The translations under genes and the position numbers were made by a program. The notes below the pieces were generated by a model. The model did no database searches and was not told where the DNA came from. It saw nothing but the letters and a program-made list of their open reading frames with translations. A stretch of 63,982 nt of DNA, the filler included, from Asterionella formosa (taxonomy: Eukaryota): the NCBI GenBank assembly GCA_002256025.1. It is 4 parts of 4 records of this genome, joined end to end, with 100 filler letters (N's around TTAATTAATTAA, not from the genome) between each part and the next. Parts side by side here need not be neighbours in the genome. Positions count along the whole stretch, not along the records: positions 32,317 to 48,356 come from NKIB01005142.1; 3 more parts are not named here. The stretch is one strand, 5' to 3'. This document shows positions 33,360 through 47,175 of this stretch, piece by piece (positions within the stretch are counted from its first letter, which is position 1; every line of letters starts with the position of its first letter).

Positions 33360-36300
33360 CGGCCGATTTTCGATAAACCAAAAGGCGGAAAACAAGAAAG
33401 AAATCCAATTGATTGACCCAGAGGAAACGGTTTTCCCTGTGAACAAAATAGCTAGATCAGCAACAGAGAATCTCCAATCAAAAGGAATCTTCCAGAAAAG
33501 CTGGACAGGGGAAAGAGGTTGGTTAGCCAGATTCATATGGAACTTTGAAAAGAACCAACAAAGGAAAGCTGCGAAATGGCGATGATAGTGAGAGACATCA
33601 GTACTTCCTGACAATTAAAATCAACCGCACAGATGCAACGGCCAGCCACGCTTCCATAATGACAATATTGAGGGTCACGATCAAAGCAATACTCAAAACA
33701 GGTCAGGATATCGGCATCCATGCTCCAAATGTACCACATCATCCACCGGCAATCACAAGGAAAAATGGGTGCATTCCGGCAGCAGTAGAAACTAAAATGA
33801 TCCGAAAGTACATCATCAAGGGTGTAATGACCAAGGAAAAGCCTTTCACGGCATAATCTGCATCGAAAAACCAGTATCACTGGACATACATAATCATGAG
33901 AAGTTGAAAAAGTTAGTTGGCATCCATCTGGTCTTGAAGTTGACAACATCTCCCTTTGGGTTGGCTCCAGTGGTTATGGCAGGCGCATTATACAGCACAA
34001 TCATGGCACACGAAAATCAACTTATATTGGCAGAAAACATCACCACCAAAATGGCAATTCATTTGCAAGGGGGAAAAGTCCCAGTCCAGACAAGAGGGTC
34101 CAAGATGCATGGGTCTTCTGATTCTAAAGAATCAGTCTATACAACAATTATCAGATGCAAAAAAGGAGATTACACAGAAGTGTGCGATGCTCTCCTCAAA
34201 CTGTATGGTACAGACACCGCAAATAAAGACTTGACCAGACCCCTAGTTCGCTTCTTTCCGATGTCAATGTTAAAAAGCTTGGCCTCAGCCAACGATAAGT
34301 TCATTTCAAGACTGTTAGCCTTCGAACGGCATTTGTCCATAGCTAGTCCACGCAATTTGAGAGGCCTTAACGATACAGTTCATTACCAGAGTGACAATGA
34401 GGACAGTTTCAAAACTACAGTTGGGGAGATTTTACGGAATGCCATGGATCATGAGGGCAAACACATTTTTGACGCTGTCATCCCACATGGAACGAAGCCG
34501 AACACTATCATCCTCGCAGGCCTCCACAGAAATGCTGGTGTAATGCATAAAGCAAAATAGCACTTATCAGCCTTAGTCCAAGAAACATTCCTTGGCAAAA
34601 AGGAGACGGACCTATTAAATCATGCCAAAAGCAATAATGTAATTGACACGAAATATCAAGAAACTAGAACTAGGCATACACAGGAAGGAGCATCACAATT
34701 GGAGGACATATTTGCTGTCCTAGACAAGGCATTCCCAACACTGTCACTAAATATATATTCGTCCAGAGCAACTGACAAATGTGGACAGAGCCTGAATACA
34801 AACGAGGACAGCAATCACAGTGGCTCCAAGAACCAGGCACTCCAACAAGCTCCCCTGCGCCAGCGGTCCAAGCACCCACAGGAAAAAGCTCGACTCAGTC
34901 AACAAGATCAACTAAGAAGCGCCAGCGACCTGAGCAGCAGCAGCGATGATAGTTTGAGTACATGGAAAAGTCTACTACGAGCTCACAAGCAAAGGTTTGC
35001 CACAATTCCACCTCCACCCAGTAAAAATGCATATCCAAGCACCATGATCACTACCCAGGCAAAACAACCCATTCCAACACACCGACCAACAGAGGATGTA
35101 CCTGAAATAACCCAGTCCGAAACAACATGGATGGTAAGGAGCAAAGTGCAAAGCGAAATGTCCTCAATGCGCACAGAACTTATTCAAATGCAAACAAACA
35201 TTCATGAATATCATGCCACTCAGGCAAGCTTAGTAGACACAGTACAAATGTTGCAAGAAGATACCAAAGAAAGAGGGGCACCCTTTTCATGATGATGGAC
35301 TTAATATAGCAAATTCAACCTGCAATGACAAATAGGCAATCTTTGGCACCCATTGATAGGACTTTTCAGGAGCCCCCCAAGCAATACACAGAACATAACC
35401 ATAACTCCCTCCCCCTTTCAACCCTTTCGACCTGGCAAAGCAAGCCAGATTCGACAAACATCATGAGATCACCATCCCTTACTCCGGACATTCCTTGACA
35501 AGGTTCAGAGAACGAAATCTATCATATCACCACATCACAAACTGATCCACACAGCACGCAAGGACCATTTTCACAACAGCAAGCAGTATTGATAGGAGCA
35601 TCACAGACCAATGCTAGTACTTTAAGCCTCACCAATACTGCAGCAACAAACATCAATGGAGATTGGGGTGATAGTATCCATACACTTGCCGCAGGTGATC
35701 TACGAATTATGTACCAAAACGTAAATGGGATTACCACCTGTAACAACACAAAAGCGGAAATTCAACAAAACATTATGAGAGGTCGCGCACACATCACCGG
35801 AATGTGTGAGACAAACGTGAATTGAAAAAATTATGGGTTTTTTGATTCCTAGGAAAGAAAAATGCAGGCAGGCCTTACAGCACTAACTTTCACTCATGCA
35901 TCATTCATGCATCATGCAATGAGGGTAGGACATCAGTGCTTCAACAAGGAGGGTGTAGCATGATTACGACTAATAGAATGGGCTCTTAAATCACCCAGCA
36001 AGGACACAATGAGGAAATGGGAAGGCTTGGCAAAGGTTTCAAACAAGGGGTTACCAACACCAGGTGATCATCATGGCATATAAGTAAGTCAGCATTTAGC
36101 TAGTGGTTTAGGAATGGACACAGCTTTCATGCAACAATGGAGAATCCTTAAACAAAAAAGCAAGGACCCAGCAAACCCACGCAAAGCCTTCTGGCAAGAT
36201 CTCTCAGCCAAATTAAGCATTTTCCAAAGCAATGGCGACGAAATTTTCCTAATGTTGAATGCCAACTCCGACTCAGAGGACGAAGACATAATCGAATTGA

Positions 36301-37110
36301 CCAGCTACCATGGATTATTAGATCTGCATACACACATCAGGAACTCAGCTCCACCAGGAATTTATCGGAGAGGGGAAAGAAAAAGATAGATTTTATGTTT
36401 GGATCACATGCGATCTTGCTATCAGTAACAAAGGGCAGCATTTTAGCTTACGAAAACGGGTCGACATTTTCCAATCATAGAGGTTTGTACGTGGATCTCA
36501 GCGAAGAACAAATATTCTCTCAAGCGAGCAAGGAAATAGTTCCACATAAGAGGAGAGTAATTCGAGCAGGAAATAAGGAGCAAGTGAAACTGTAAATAGA
36601 AAATGTGCACAGATGCTTTGCGGAACATAACATGATAGCAAGATTTGCAAAGTTAAAATCATTGGCTGAAAATGTGGGCATAAAGAAAGCAAAAGAAGAG
36701 GCAGATAAAATAGATATAGAAGTGACAAAGGCAGTCCTGCACGCAGAAAAACAGGTGTCCAGGAAAAAATTTTGGTATGGATAGTAGTCACCCAAGCTGG
36801 CGGTGGCCGGCAGACAGTTAACATTTTGGAAGAATTGCTTACGTATGAGGAGGAGCAACCACCATCTCCACCACACGACCAGAAGAATTTGACTTAGTAA
36901 CAACCGGACTACCGCAGTCCTTCTAAGAAGCACGAGTAGAGGATGCATGGACAGCTCTACACCTCATCTAAGATCATGCAAATGACGCGAGACACGAATT
37001 CTTAGAAGAGAAATACCTGGAGGTCTTAAAAAAGTGCGAAAAGCCAAAAGCTGCAATCTTAAAAGCCATCAGAGAAGCGGAATACATGGATCAATTGTGG
37101 CTACTTACAC
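33360..37110 (+). mobile_element. Degenerate non-LTR retrotransposon (Ambal/L1-like): ORF1 remnants and APE endonuclease of ORF2
   Basis: APE motifs LRIMYQNVNGI, GMCETNVN, QQGG, TAFMQQW, NPRKAFWQDL, LMLNANSD, IDFMFGS and SNHRGLYVDL, then SPKL. Many stops and frameshifts. Confidence 0.85.
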
Positions 37111-38816
37111 TGGCAACATTGACTTTCCATCACCACACAATCGAAGACCGAAAGAAGAAAAAAAAAGATGATCCCAATTTAGACCTGCATCGTTATGTAG
37201 CGTAAATGGTCTGGTTGCTGCAACCATGCGCATCGCTGTAGTAGCCTGACACCATAGCAGTATTTCTGCCACAGTCATTCCCCCGCCCACCAAACAAGCA
37301 ACCCTGATCACTCCATTCTGAGCAAGCGTGATTGCTACGCTGCTCCAGCACTATTGACTCTTTCCAGCTGAGTATTATGTAGCTTTTGATACGTACTAGT
37401 AGTAGAAATGTAGCAAAGCGCGTTAGTACAAGAAAAGCATTGCTTGGCGGCAATATTGACATCATGGTAAACAACTACACACATCAACAAATACGATCAA
37501 CAGCAATATGTTGTCAAAGAGTAGTCATCGATAAATACATTGGTTCTTATGTAGATAGATACAATCGAAACAAAACGACAGTGCAGAATGACAAACGACG
37601 ATGGAAGCAATCAAATGGACCATGGAAGCGGAACTTCGACAATTATTATCTATGGTCACATTCAGTGTTTCACTGTTGTACTCAACGATACACTCTACCA
37701 AGCGTAACACACAGCAGACGATGGGCTCATAAGAAAGTCGAAAGTTCCTGTTGCAAGCAGCCCGAATTGAGCAACGGCATGCAGGATATAGTGAGAATTA
37801 TAATTGTGAGGACGGCATCTGGCATACGGTACGTAAAATCAATCAATATGTGAACAATACAATTTAACATTCTGGTCTCGAAAAGATAATACTGAGTCTA
37901 CAGCGATAATATTATAACGTGTTCAAAGTAAGCATTAAAGCTAAGCTTTAACCATGCATGATTGTTTTTAGTACCACGTACGTATGTAGGCTAGTTGACT
38001 ACCAGTAGAATATCCGTTAAGCATCATCACATGCATGACTGGAGCAAAAACTTGCCACCAACATCAGATGTATCGATATCATCGTTTGTCCGACGAAATA
38101 TGGACGATGCGAACTACGTGAATCCCTCGAGAAGACAAGCAATCCAACAACCAACCGCATCCATTAAACAACGAATTGCTACTTGGGTCATCACTGAACT
38201 GATTTCGCTTCAAACCGGTCATGATGGATGACGATTGGCATAGTGAAAGGTGAATTGCCAGAGTCCACTTTTCAGGAGACGAACTAAAACGAGGTGAATT
38301 CTAGATATAAATTATTAGATCTGTAGAGTAAATAAAATGGTTTCCTTAAGTAGGCTGCTTGCCAATTTCGGCAATCCCAGGGCTGGAAAACCGAGGGGCA
38401 ATGGCTACAAATTGTAATGCCAAAATGCGAACATAGCAAATACATAAAATATATTTTAATGATGGGCAATATCGGACCCATTGCAAATTTCGATGTGAAG
38501 AAAGGGAATTTACTTTATATGATGGGCTATAGTGAGCTAAAATTGACATTTAATACACTCGATGAGTGGGCAGTAGTAGGTAAGTGAATGACACGACGAA
38601 AACTAGTTTGTGAATTGTCTCAGCAAAACCCTTCTCAGTGGCTACATGCCTTCTCGTACACTTCTGTCCTTGCAGGCATGAGACCACCTCAGGCGTGTAA
38701 TGCCTTCAGCAATCCATGTGACATTGATGATCAATCTGTAAGTCAATAAATATAGAAACCAACGCCACTAAAATATTAACAGAGAATCACTAAATAATTA
38801 AATCAGCTGAAATGTA

Positions 38817-39112
38817 GCTAATCTAAGTATCGAATATGCATTCCCGGCTCATTAGCTAGGGTAATCTGATTTGACCCAAATTTTTGCGACAGCTACCTTT
38901 CGACCTATTTATCGCTTATCCAAGTCAAGTGTTAAATATGGGTTGCCGGATCATTAGCTAGGGTAATCTGATTTGACCCAAATTTTTGCGACAGCTACCT
39001 TTCGATCTATTTATCGCTAATCCAAGTGTCGAATATGCATTGCCGGCTCATTAGCCAGCGTAATCTGATTTGACCCCAATTTTTGCGTCAGCTACCTTTC
39101 GACCTATTTATC
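38817..39112. repeat. Minisatellite, three ~100-bp units
   Basis: cattagc.ag.gtaatctgatttgaccc.aatttttgcg.cagctacctttcga starts at 38850, 38952 and 39049. Confidence 0.92.
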
Positions 39113-39449
39113 TCAGGAACGGCAAGCACGAAACCTCAACTTACAAGTATGAACATTGCTCTTTCATACATCATGTCAAGGAACAAGTTTGTCTGAAACA
39201 GAACCAACGTATCTCCAATATTCATCCCAAAATGTGTGATTACCCTGTTTAAGGATGACTCTTAGTAAAAAGAAGGACGATGACTCTCAGTTTTTAGGTG
39301 CTACAGTGGAACCATCCTATAATTTTTAAGATATAACCTATTTGCTCCTGAAAGTATGGCCTTTTTGTACTCGATTATCTTATAGGGAGGAGATGTAGCG
39401 CATCTACGATGGAGGTTCAACTGCACAATTGCAAAGTAGTATGCATATT

Positions 39450-40850
39450 ATTATTTAATGAAAATTTTAGAGTATATTAAAATTTAAGCTCATAATCGAA
39501 CTTGTGCCACGGTGACACAATGGAAAGAGGAAGGGAAAAGGGACGAGGGGGGACGACTTAAGAGGGGCAAAAGCAAGCCCAAGGGCGGCGTCCCTCCAGT
39601 GTTTCTCATCGTTGTGCAAGGCAGAGCCAAGCTTTGTATTCTAGCTAAGGATGTAAGTGTGGATGGTTCCCAAACATGTAGGGCTGTGTGCTCAGTTTTG
39701 ATCCGCCCATAGACGTTTCCAGACGTGGCAAGGAAGTAAAAATAAGGAGCGGTCCATGCGTGCTACTCTTTTTGCATTGGCATATAGGGTGGTGATGAGG
39801 GAGTCAGTTCCATTCCCAGCTATTTGATGCGTTCCTCCGCCCCTCCGTTTCCCCATGTAAGAAAGAATTCCTGGATTTTCACCATTCTATGCCGAACTGC
39901 CACATTTCTGTTACCACTCTACTTGTCCATTTGTAGTTGCAGGCAGTGTCAGTGTGAAGTTGACGTGATCAACAATAGAGAGAAATTGCTCTGCCCCAGT
40001 GAAGGCTCAATCGAACTTGTATGTCCTGGTCCCAAGCCTATCTCCTGTTGGTTCACGAATGCCTCGAAGAATATTGCTTGATCGATGCTGTCGCTCATCA
40101 GGGAGACAAATGGGCTCGCCCCACATCCCATTAGCAAGGTTTTTGAGTAAGAAGGGGCACTTTCTAAACTGCCCTCAAAGAGTTGTTGTGATAAACTCTT
40201 CCCAGGCAAGCAAACATTCTGATTGGGTGTCGGGCACCAGACGACATAGTTGAAATCTTCATTGAACCTACCGTATCTCGGCTGTTAATCGAAGGTTCGT
40301 AGCATTTGCGGCGTTTCATCATTGCGAGCAGTTCAAATGTCTTTCATTCTAAATATTGTGGTATTTTGTGTCATTGGGCTTTGCCCCCTTGCTTGGTGGC
40401 AGTCAGGCCCATCAACTTGATTATACACCATAGTATCCCACCCTGTCTTTGCCAGGATATAAGTCTTGAATTCCTCTTGATAACTGGCCTCTCGGATCGC
40501 CATAGAGAGATGATGAGTGAACGCAGTGGTATCCAAAATTGCTGTAGCCCCATGGCCCGGCAGTAGCATGCAGGTTGCTGGGTGCCCTGGGTTACAGGTC
40601 AAGCAGGTATGCGCTGCCTCAGCCATTTTTTCCACTTCGAAATTTAGCTTTGCCTCCCAAGGTGAATTCTTGTACGCTACTGTGTCATCCTGATGGGACT
40701 TGACATGGATGGGATTTAGTAAAATAGCAGCATGTTTGATTGCAATTGGCATTGCCACCTGGCTGGTGCAGCAGGATATTGTCTTCTGGTGCAAGTGTGC
40801 CCAAAGGTCCTTGGTGTGTCCATTTAAGGATTTGTTCAATAAGGGCCTTA
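39450..40850 (-). mobile_element. 3' fragment of an RNase H-bearing non-LTR retrotransposon (Ambal-like)
   Basis: HVKSHQDD...WEAKLN...A, LLPGH.AT, AIREA....F..YI..KTGW and FVNQQEIG. Degenerate; boundaries approximate. Confidence 0.7.
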
Positions 40851-43229
40851 TTGTAAATGTATATTTTCAAAGTTACAGGGTGTGGTGGGGTCTTGAGATG
40901 ATGTTGAGTGGAGAGGAAGAGCACGTTGACTGCCACCATCCCTCCTACTAAGATCAAAAGTTTACTTACCTGCAACTGACTTTTTCCTACCTTCCTGCCT
41001 TGTTGTTTTGTGCACAGTATGCATAAAATAAGGCAGAAAGGCAGAAACAACAAGTCAGTTGCAGTTTATTAAAATTATTTAAGAAAAAGATTCAATTAGA
41101 GGATAAATAAGTCTTGAAAGAGACCTTTTCTGAACAAAGTCAATTATTTCAAGCAATGGAAGCAAGCTCCTGCTCAAATAAATCATTTTTTGTTACATAC
41201 ATCGATGGTATTTTTTAAACCAAGCAATGCGGCTCATTGGTTTATAGAAACCTAATTGGACACATCACTGATTGCTGCCATAATACTGCCTTTATCCAAG
41301 GCACTGTAGAAGCAACAACATATATTTTCTATATGAGACGATGCAGGCTACAGGTATGTTGATTAGATGTATATACTTAGGCGAGTACAATGCTTAATAG
41401 CTACTATAAATGTGCTTAAGTTTCGTTAGCCATTATAGTTGTTTTGCTTTACATGGATTGGTATGCGACATTCAAGATGGGCTTACTACAATTGCAACAA
41501 AAAAGAGTAAAAATGCCCAACTAAACGAAAATTTGGCATCGTGGCTGCTCAATTTTACAGTCCATGGGCAAGTCTTTTTGGACCTCAAGGCCAAAAACAA
41601 CGTCCATTCTTCCGTAATTTACCATGTCTGCATTCGTAATTTTTTGCCAGTCAGTATTATTGGGTTTCTTGAAGTCAAGCAACGTTGCATGATTTGACAA
41701 GCAATGAAGAAGAAGCAAGCTATTACGGTTGCTTTGTTGGGGAAAGCCAGACACCAACTCAAGGGAGGATGGCAAGGCTTGTCGTTGTTGTTTTTGTCGT
41801 TTTGGCTTTTGTCTTTTTAACCAAAAGATTAATCAAGAAAGCTCCCTTTCATTGAGAAGTATGCTGAGATGCGGGAGTTATCGGAAATTCCTTGGATGTC
41901 TCTGTCAGACACAAGAGCAAATGTGGATTTAGAGTTCGAACGTATTCTTTTCAACGAAGAAATACACAGGAGGTGATAATTAGTAAACATGAGGTTTTTC
42001 ATGTAGATAGCTAATTTGGATAATGTCCAACCCAAACCAGCTAGAAAATGTAAGAGTAAATACAAAAAAGAGGTTGAGATAATAGAAATAGATTTGTTTC
42101 GACTCACATTATATAATAAATTTTCGTCCTATTTTAATATTATGAATGTCTAGCTATAAACCTAATGTATAGACTTAGAAGACATAATACCACGAAGCCA
42201 TTCTATTCAATCAGCTATTGCAGGGAAGGTACCTCTGAAATGCTTCTTTTCCAATATGTGGAATCTTGTAATCGATCCACCATGAATCTTGTTTAAAATC
42301 ATATCTTTATGCTCCTCCTTTGTAATTTTCAGCAACTTAGTCTCAAGAATATCCCTGTCTTTGTTAGCCAACCTCCTGATTGCGGAAACTTGTTTAACAA
42401 ATGGACATATTCCGATTTATCCGTCAAAAACTATCTCGGTTTTGCAACAGCACTTAAAAAATGACCTTTTTAATTCGAGACTTGTGACGAAAATTCCTTT
42501 CTGGTGGCACCTTAACATGAGCTAGATATATCAACTGAGAAGCCTTCGATACAAAGAACCATTTTCGTCTATATGGATATCGCGATAGAAGTGATCAGTG
42601 AAACCAAACTTACCGGGGTCAAACGGTTCATGATTCATCTGATCAGGATGGTTAATTGCGAATGATTAATAGTATAAAACACAGGATTCAAAGCATTGTT
42701 AGGAGTTAGCAATGGTATGATTGCATTAGGAAGAGCTGAATCACCTCTATCTCAGTTGAATTGGTGTAACAAATGAGTGTAGTGACTGGCTGGGAGGCCG
42801 AGATTCTTCCCTAATGTGCAGCAAGGTCGTCGCTGATGGTGAGGAATCAACTTGACAGCTGTTATGATAGCAATCATCAGCAGAATATGCTATACTTCTA
42901 CCACTCTTACATTTTCTGGACAGTGTCTTGTATGATTGTTGACCTTCCCCATTTTTGAATGATTCGATAAATTGTGATTCTTCTGAAGTCGAATTTGTTT
43001 CGTCCCTTTTGAGGTCTTGAAGCGAGCAATCGACGATGTCTTGTTGATGTTCTGGTGTTAAATCCTTCTTTACATGCCTATTTACTAACGAAGGGTCAAT
43101 GAAAAAAGAAGGGGGAGGGTCCAGAGCAAACGTTCTGATCGGGGCGCGATTTCACGAAAAACGCGCCAAAAAACCATTTTGTTAATAGAATAATTTTTAA
43201 ATATGTGGGGCTACTAGAAAGAGAATTAT

Positions 43230-43925
43230 TGGAGGTTATGTACACCATTTCGAAGATTTTCTTGGTATCTCATCCATTCCGAGGGCATATATGTTGTTCG
43301 AAAGATCCCCGATAACTAGCTTCTCGTATTGCCATTGAAACGTGACCCGTGATCCACTGACCTTGAACAAACAAAGTTGCTCTGTGTCCTGGAGGTAGAA
43401 TATATTACTTTGTAGCATCGCTTTTACACCTTGTGTATGTTCTAGCCTGATTTGCCAATGATTCCACATCGCAATTCAGTTTTGATTCCCATGAGAACTT
43501 ATTGTACTAGGCTATCTCCAAATCTTGATGGGATTTTACATTGTGTGGAAGAATCGTGATGTTATGTTTCTTGGCGATTTGCATAGCCGCTTGGAGGAGA
43601 TCATAATCAGGGGCTAGGGTCTTGGATGATCCGCTATGCCGCCATTTTTGAATACGAGATATGAGTGCCTTATTATCTAGATATACTTCCATGCATTGAG
43701 GATTAGGAGAGTTCTTGATGGGATGATGAGTTGAAAACAGTGTGTCAACAGCCACTAAACCCCCAAGGAACCCAGCCACCCATCTCTGCGTGGAGCGATG
43801 ACATTCCATTAGTACCGCCACTCTGTACCACTCCATTACCACTAGCACTGGTATTATCCTGTCATCATAAAAGTTTCCAGCCCTGAGTTGCATCGTTGCT
43901 GCCCTGTAGAGATCCGTCAGATACT
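43230..43925 (-). mobile_element. RNase H fragment of a non-LTR retrotransposon
   Basis: DGS..., SSLHAE, VYLDNKALISRI, LAPDYDLL, HNVKSHQD and SWESKLN. Paralogous to the 39450-40850 fragment. Confidence 0.75.
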
Positions 43926-44421
43926 TTTTATGACTAGTTCATAGTAATCATTGGTAAAAATTGATTTGATACCCAGAAAAATTTATTAATACAACAAAGC
44001 TAGTGACTTTCAAATGACCATGGCGGTAGTTTTTAGGACCACTACGGATCTAAAAGCAACCTTTAAAGGCAACAGGCCTGTCTATTTGGATTCATTGGAG
44101 ACTACTATGTACGACTGTTACAGTAAATGGTTGAGTTTGTCTATACAAAAGTAGGGACAGTATAGTGGAACCAGAATTACTAGCTTTGTCGAGTATTTTT
44201 CATGTTTAATGGTGTGACAGTTGTGAGCTTATCTGGTTGCTGAGAAGCTAGTACAGTCATTGGATTTGTAGATAGCCTGCAAGGACTGCAAATTGCTAGT
44301 GTAGATGAATTTAACCATTGTTGTAAATTATCAGTTCTAGAAACTATGACCAAATAAACTGTCTGCGAATCTTTGAGACTCAATCTGTGACTTTTTGAGA
44401 TCTTCTGGTGCCATGATTGTG

Positions 44422-44605
44422 CTTGTTGGTTGTTGGTTGTTGGTTGTTGGTTGTTGGTTGTTGCTTGTTGCTTGTTGCTTGTTGGTTGTTGGTTGTTGCT
44501 TGTTGCTTGTTGCTTGTTGCTTGTTGCTTGTTGCTTGTTGCTTGTTGGTTGTTGCTTGTTGCTTGTTGGTTGTTGGTTGTTGGTTGTTGGTTGTTGTTTG
44601 TTGTG
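44422..44605. repeat. Heptamer tandem repeat (TTGTTGG/TTGTTGC)n with occasional 10-bp units
   Basis: Directly visible. It produces the spurious QQATSNK and CWLLVV ORFs. Confidence 0.95.
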
Positions 44606-45183
44606 AGCGGTTGTGTGTTGTGAAAACAATCTTGTTCTTGGTTTCGTAGATACCATTGCTGTTGCGGCGCTCATAATGCCTTCTGCTGATTCTTGGTAGT
44701 GAGACCATCTGGTATTATTTTCACTTTATTGCTTGTGTGCTTGTTTCTTGTTGTGGGCGCTTGTTGTCACTTGCGTGTACTGAAAACAGTCCTCTTGTTC
44801 TTTATTTTGTAAATGTTGTTTGTTCCTGTTGTGGCGCTTGTGAAAGCATTTGATGCTTCGGTGGGTGACATTTCCATCGAAGCACTTGTTGGTTGTTGGA
44901 TGAAGTGAGTGCTGAGGTGCTTGCATCAACCTGTTGATTGTTGTTTCCACTAGCTGCATTCAAATACTGTACAGACAACTCTTCGATTTATTTCTGTAAA
45001 ATGGCAGCACTCATGGCATGAGGTTTGAGTACTTCAAGGTAAACAGCACTGTGGAAAAGTGGAGCGAAACATCCCAGTTAGCAGTAGAGTAATTGTCACT
45101 TGAATCAAGCTAATTGTTGTGACAATCCTTTGTATATATATTATGAGAAATTTTGTCTAGCGTCATCGTGATACAACGAAACA

Positions 45184-45879
45184 TGTAAAAGTGAGCTCAT
45201 CTATGTAGTTATGACTCGGAGTCAAACGAGTCGAATGAGTCAACTTTGATGTACCAAGCTCTCATCAACCACACATTTTACGTTGCTACTCTGCCAATAT
45301 TGAGCCGGACAATATAAGCTGTTGAAATTGCGTCCAGAAGCCCTCTATTGCTTTCTTGTATCCTGTAAGGACACGTCTCAGGGACCAAATAGGCTGTAGA
45401 TATGAACAACGATGTTGCAGTAATCGATTGTAATTGTTCCTAAGAGTTTTAGTAGAATTATGGGTTTTACTGGTGATGTAGATTGTTTTCGAATTCTGAG
45501 TTTTCTCTGGTACCATATTCTTTTTGATTCATTCGATTCAATATGTAGTAGGTAATTTATAGCGGGAATTTCTTTCCTAAAATAATTTCTCCAACATAAG
45601 CTGTTTCGGAAGACCGATAGTTTGAAAATGAATGATCATGGTTAAAAACCTATGATCAGTAAGTGTGAGATAGACATGGGTCTATCTATGACTGTATGAT
45701 TCTAGAAATGCAAACAGCATTTTGGAGAATAGTTCGTTTGTTTGTTCAAACAGAACAACCTAAACTAGTTTAGTTAACTCACACTAAGAATTTAGAAATG
45801 GAAAGAGAAACGAATGTCTCTTTCTATAGTCCCCTTTTGTCTAAAGATTTAGATCTACCTAAAAGGTAATACTTTAAAA
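45184..45879 (-). mobile_element. Solo LTR, family B, with 6-bp TSD GAAACA; interrupted by a family A solo LTR
   Basis: Inverted homolog of 53503-53922. GAAACA occurs at 45178-45183 and 45880-45885. Confidence 0.85.
45320..45596 (-). mobile_element. Solo LTR, family A (CoDi-type Copia), with 5-bp TSD TAAGC
   Basis: TGTTG...CAACA termini. TAAGC at 45315-45319 and 45597-45601. Homologous to 57947-58222. Confidence 0.92.
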
Positions 45880-45956
45880 GAAACATACCAGCAGTAAAAC
45901 TTTGAAAGACATTATTATCATTGGTTCTTCAAGATTTTCAACTTCTTCATCTTTCA

Positions 45957-46033
45957 GCCAATCTTGGCCACATTTCAGGCTTAAGCTTGCTGTATATGAA
46001 ATAGCCTTAGTCTAAAATGTGGCCAAGATTGGC
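45957..46033. repeat. Hairpin of the same family as 30738-30809
   Basis: gccaatcttggccacattt...aaatgtggccaagattggc forms a 19-bp perfect stem. The flanks match the other copy in reverse orientation. Confidence 0.8.
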
Positions 46034-47175
46034 GGACAAATGAAAGAAATCGTTTTCGATTGACCCCTCATTTCCTTGCTCATGATTGCAGTGACGAAAC
46101 GAAATTAATGTCGCAATAAACAATGGGAAGAAATTAGAATTCTTTTTGCCACCAAAATAAATTGCCCTTTTAGTCACTTCTAATTTGAAGCACAACATGT
46201 TGCATGTGTGTGTCGTGGATCGCGTCCGCCGAGACGTGCGATTGTGTTGTGGACGCGACTATTGAGTCAGGAAGGCATGTGGTTGGAATTGCGTGGGTGT
46301 TTTGGTGGTATACCGCCCTCACAATATGTTGCATGGGGGTATATTTCTGCATGTGTCTTAAAAAATAAAAAACGATGAACAGAACGAGCAATGTAAGTGC
46401 TGTCGGTGGCATCCCTGATGATGATGCACCCCGAGGGCATGCCCCGTCGTGACAGGGATGATGATCTGTTTGCGGAGGTGGAGGATGTGTTGGCCCGTGT
46501 GCAGCATGATGCGGAGTGGGTGCAAGAGTTGATGTGTCGCAAGACTCAGGGGCTGATGCCAGTGTTTTGGAGGCGCATTTGTGGCGGCTGGGTGGGCTTC
46601 CACCAGGGGGCGAAACCTACTTGCGGCCTGGGAGATCCGTGAGATCGAGTTGGCTCGTCGTGTGCAGGGTTAACCAGGGTGGAAAGTAGACCCAAATATA
46701 GTATTTGGTTTTTGAATGAATATTATATTAATAGTACATAGTGTGCGGGGAGGTCACGAGGAGTGATGAATGCGTTGAATGCTCTGTTTTGGTTGTCGGA
46801 AAAACTGTCGCCTTGGGGAGCCATGTTCGATGGACTTGATCCCTCAAAGAGGGTGAAAGCTATGGGTTATTCTCTAATTTTGGAGACATGACGATTTTCA
46901 ACTCCAAAGATAATTGCTTTATTTATTTCATGTTAGTGCACACTTACAAAATGTCTAAAATTTGGATTCTTTGCAGACTAGTCTGTAAATTATATTGAAT
47001 TATAATTGGCAACTATAATATCGGTCTACACTTGTGATTTCGTTTACTTGCTTCTTTTTAACTTGTTCTTTACCGAAAGGAAGGGAAAATTACGCATGGG
47101 TAAACATACATGCAATCTACTTCATCAGTTCCAATTCGGAAGCGTTCTTCTCAATGTAGCGAAATATTGCGAACA

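Noticed and set aside
38817..39112. CRISPR array
   Set aside because: The units are wholly repeated with no unique spacers, and no cas genes are present in this eukaryotic context.
39304..39423. Tiny pogo-like MITE (TA-CAGTGGAACC...GGTTCAACTG)
   Set aside because: The inverted ends are imperfect and the right-hand TA is missing, so it is too weak to call.
44180..44708. QQATSNK and CWLLVV repeat ORFs
   Set aside because: They are products of the heptamer tandem repeat on both strands.
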